A stretch of 64,000 nucleotides of DNA from Myxococcales bacterium (GTDB taxonomy: Bacteria > Desulfobacterota > Binatia > HRBIN30). The stretch covers positions 160,001 through 224,000 of the forward strand of contig JBBILD010000003.1 of the NCBI GenBank assembly GCA_037445065.1, given 5' to 3'. Shown piece after piece: positions 62,870 through 64,000 of this stretch; the stretch's first letter is position 1; each line of letters starts with the position of its first letter. The notes beneath the pieces were generated by a model. That model saw nothing but the letters and a program-made list of their open reading frames with translations, had not been told where the DNA came from and did no database searches. Made by a program: the position numbers and the translations under genes.

Positions 62870-62881
62870 GGTCGACTTGAC

Positions 62882-63424
62882 ATGGGAAAGCAGTGGTTCG
62901 CGGTGCAGACGTACTCCGGCCAAGAACACCGGGCAAAGCAGGCCCTGGAGGAAAAAGTACGGGCATTGGGGAAACAAGATTTGTTCGGCCCGATCTTGGT
63001 TCCCCAGGAAAAAGTGCTGGAGACCGTGCGGGGAAGGAGGCGGCTCGCGTCGAGGCGCTTCTTTCCAGGGTACATCTTGGTGAACATGGAGATGAATGAC
63101 GAAACCTGGCACATCGTGCGTTCCACACCCCGGGTTTTAGGGTTTGTTGGTGGAGACGAGGGCGGGCGGAATCCGGCGCCCCTGCGGGAAGAGGAAGTTC
63201 AGGAGATTACTCAGCAAATGGAGGCCGGGGGACTTCGGCCTCGGGTGCGTGCTCAAGTGGAACCGGGTGACTCGGTTAAGGTGGTGAGCGGCCCGTTTCA
63301 AGACTTTTGCGGTGTTGTTGAGGAAGTAAAAGCTGAGAAAGGAAAGGTCACGGTCCTTCTGAACATGTTCGGGGGAAGATCGACTCCAGTGGAGTTGGAC
63401 ACCTCTCAAGTGGAGAAGATGTAA
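62882..63424 (+). CDS. nusG: Transcription termination/antitermination factor NusG
   Basis: WF.VQTYSG.E, FPGY.LV, TP.V.GF, KOW domain GPF..F.G.V. Confidence 0.97.
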   Translation: MGKQWFAVQTYSGQEHRAKQALEEKVRALGKQDLFGPILVPQEKVLETVRGRRRLASRRFFPGYILVNMEMNDETWHIVRSTPRVLGFVGGDEGGRNPAPLREEEVQEITQQMEAGGLRPRVRAQVEPGDSVKVVSGPFQDFCGVVEEVKAEKGKVTVLLNMFGGRSTPVELDTSQVEKM

Positions 63425-63498
63425 GGTCGGACCATGAGTTGGCGATGGATCATGTGCCTTAGCCATTGGCAAAACGAAAACGGTGGTTTGGGAAGACA

Positions 63499-63927
63499 AT
63501 GAAAAAAGTCGTGGCTGAGATTAAGTTGCAGATTCCCGCTGGGCAGGCGAATCCTAGTCCGCCGGTAGGTCCGGCATTGGGCCAGCGCGGCGTGAACATC
63601 ATGGAGTTTTGTAAGGCTTTTAATGCCAAGACGCAGGGCCAGCAGGGATTGATCATACCGGTTGTGATCACAGTTTATGCGGACCGGTCCTTTACCTTTG
63701 TAACGAAGACCCCACCGGCTTCTGTTTTACTGAAACGGGTTGCGAACGTTGAGAAGGGCTCTTCAGAGCCAAACAAAACGAAAGTGGGGCGAGTGACCGG
63801 GAAGCAGCTCCGAGAGATTGCCGAACTCAAGATGCCGGATCTAACCGCTGAAACTCTCGAAGCGGCCGTTCGGACAATTGCTGGAACCGCGAAAAGCATG
63901 GGGATTGATGTGGTCGAAGACTCTTGA
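63499..63927 (+). CDS. rplK: 50S ribosomal protein L11
   Basis: [36 protein letters not shown]. Confidence 0.98.
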   Translation: MKKVVAEIKLQIPAGQANPSPPVGPALGQRGVNIMEFCKAFNAKTQGQQGLIIPVVITVYADRSFTFVTKTPPASVLLKRVANVEKGSSEPNKTKVGRVTGKQLREIAELKMPDLTAETLEAAVRTIAGTAKSMGIDVVEDS

Positions 63928-63943
63928 TCAGGGGTGTTGCTTT

Positions 63944-64000
63944 ATGGCGAAGCGGGGAAAACGTTATCGCGAGGCGCTGGGGAAGGTAGACCGGACGAAG
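63944..64000 (+). CDS. rplA: 50S ribosomal protein L1, N-terminus (3'-truncated)
   Basis: MAKRGKRYREALGKVDRTK directly after rplK. Confidence 0.85.
   Translation, partial: MAKRGKRYREALGKVDRTK

Noticed and set aside
63425..63498. L1 autoregulatory RNA element before rplK
   Set aside because: No convincing L1-binding consensus could be identified by eye.

Overview
Chromosomal core region of a GC-rich diderm bacterium. Gene content (lpxD, lptFG, tamB/Omp85, tig-clpP-clpX-lon-hup, sigma54 activators) looks deltaproteobacteria-like, possibly Binatota; this is an inference only. From left to right: (1) a heme-uptake locus with the 3' end of a TonB-dependent receptor, tonB, hmuTUV and a hemS split across two frames, followed by about 2 kb of gene-poor DNA holding a YncE/YVTN pseudogene; (2) doxX, gltX with tRNA-Gln/tRNA-Glu, and hisC; (3) a GldA/F/G-like ABC module with a DUF4340 gene; (4) a minus-strand run lpxD-gloB-cysE-cupin-pduO-MBL-GGCT-MATE; (5) hisI-hisG, an MFS transporter, degP, tamB-Omp85, a CNNM/hemolysin-family gene, a gluzincin, tlpA and lgt; (6) an orphan-rich 38.6-44.1 kb block; (7) tig-clpP-clpX-lon-hup and rplM-rpsI; (8) two one-component sigma54 activators, one multi-pass membrane-anchored, flanking lptFG-rlmB; (9) the tRNA-tuf-rpmG-secE-nusG-rplK-rplA cluster. 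There are 11 tRNA genes and no rRNA, CRISPR array, IS or prophage. Best leads: a sigma54 promoter architecture (-24/-12, IHF match, tandem palindromic enhancer sites) upstream of an orphan gene; the membrane-anchored enhancer-binding protein; many sigma70-type promoters lacking the -7 T; a tadA stop codon inside tRNA-Ser; a minimal ImmA/IrrE-like peptidase pair; and an Illumina adapter sequence inside the Omp85 gene, which warns that some frameshifts may be assembly errors. All calls come from reading motifs by eye; no searches were run.
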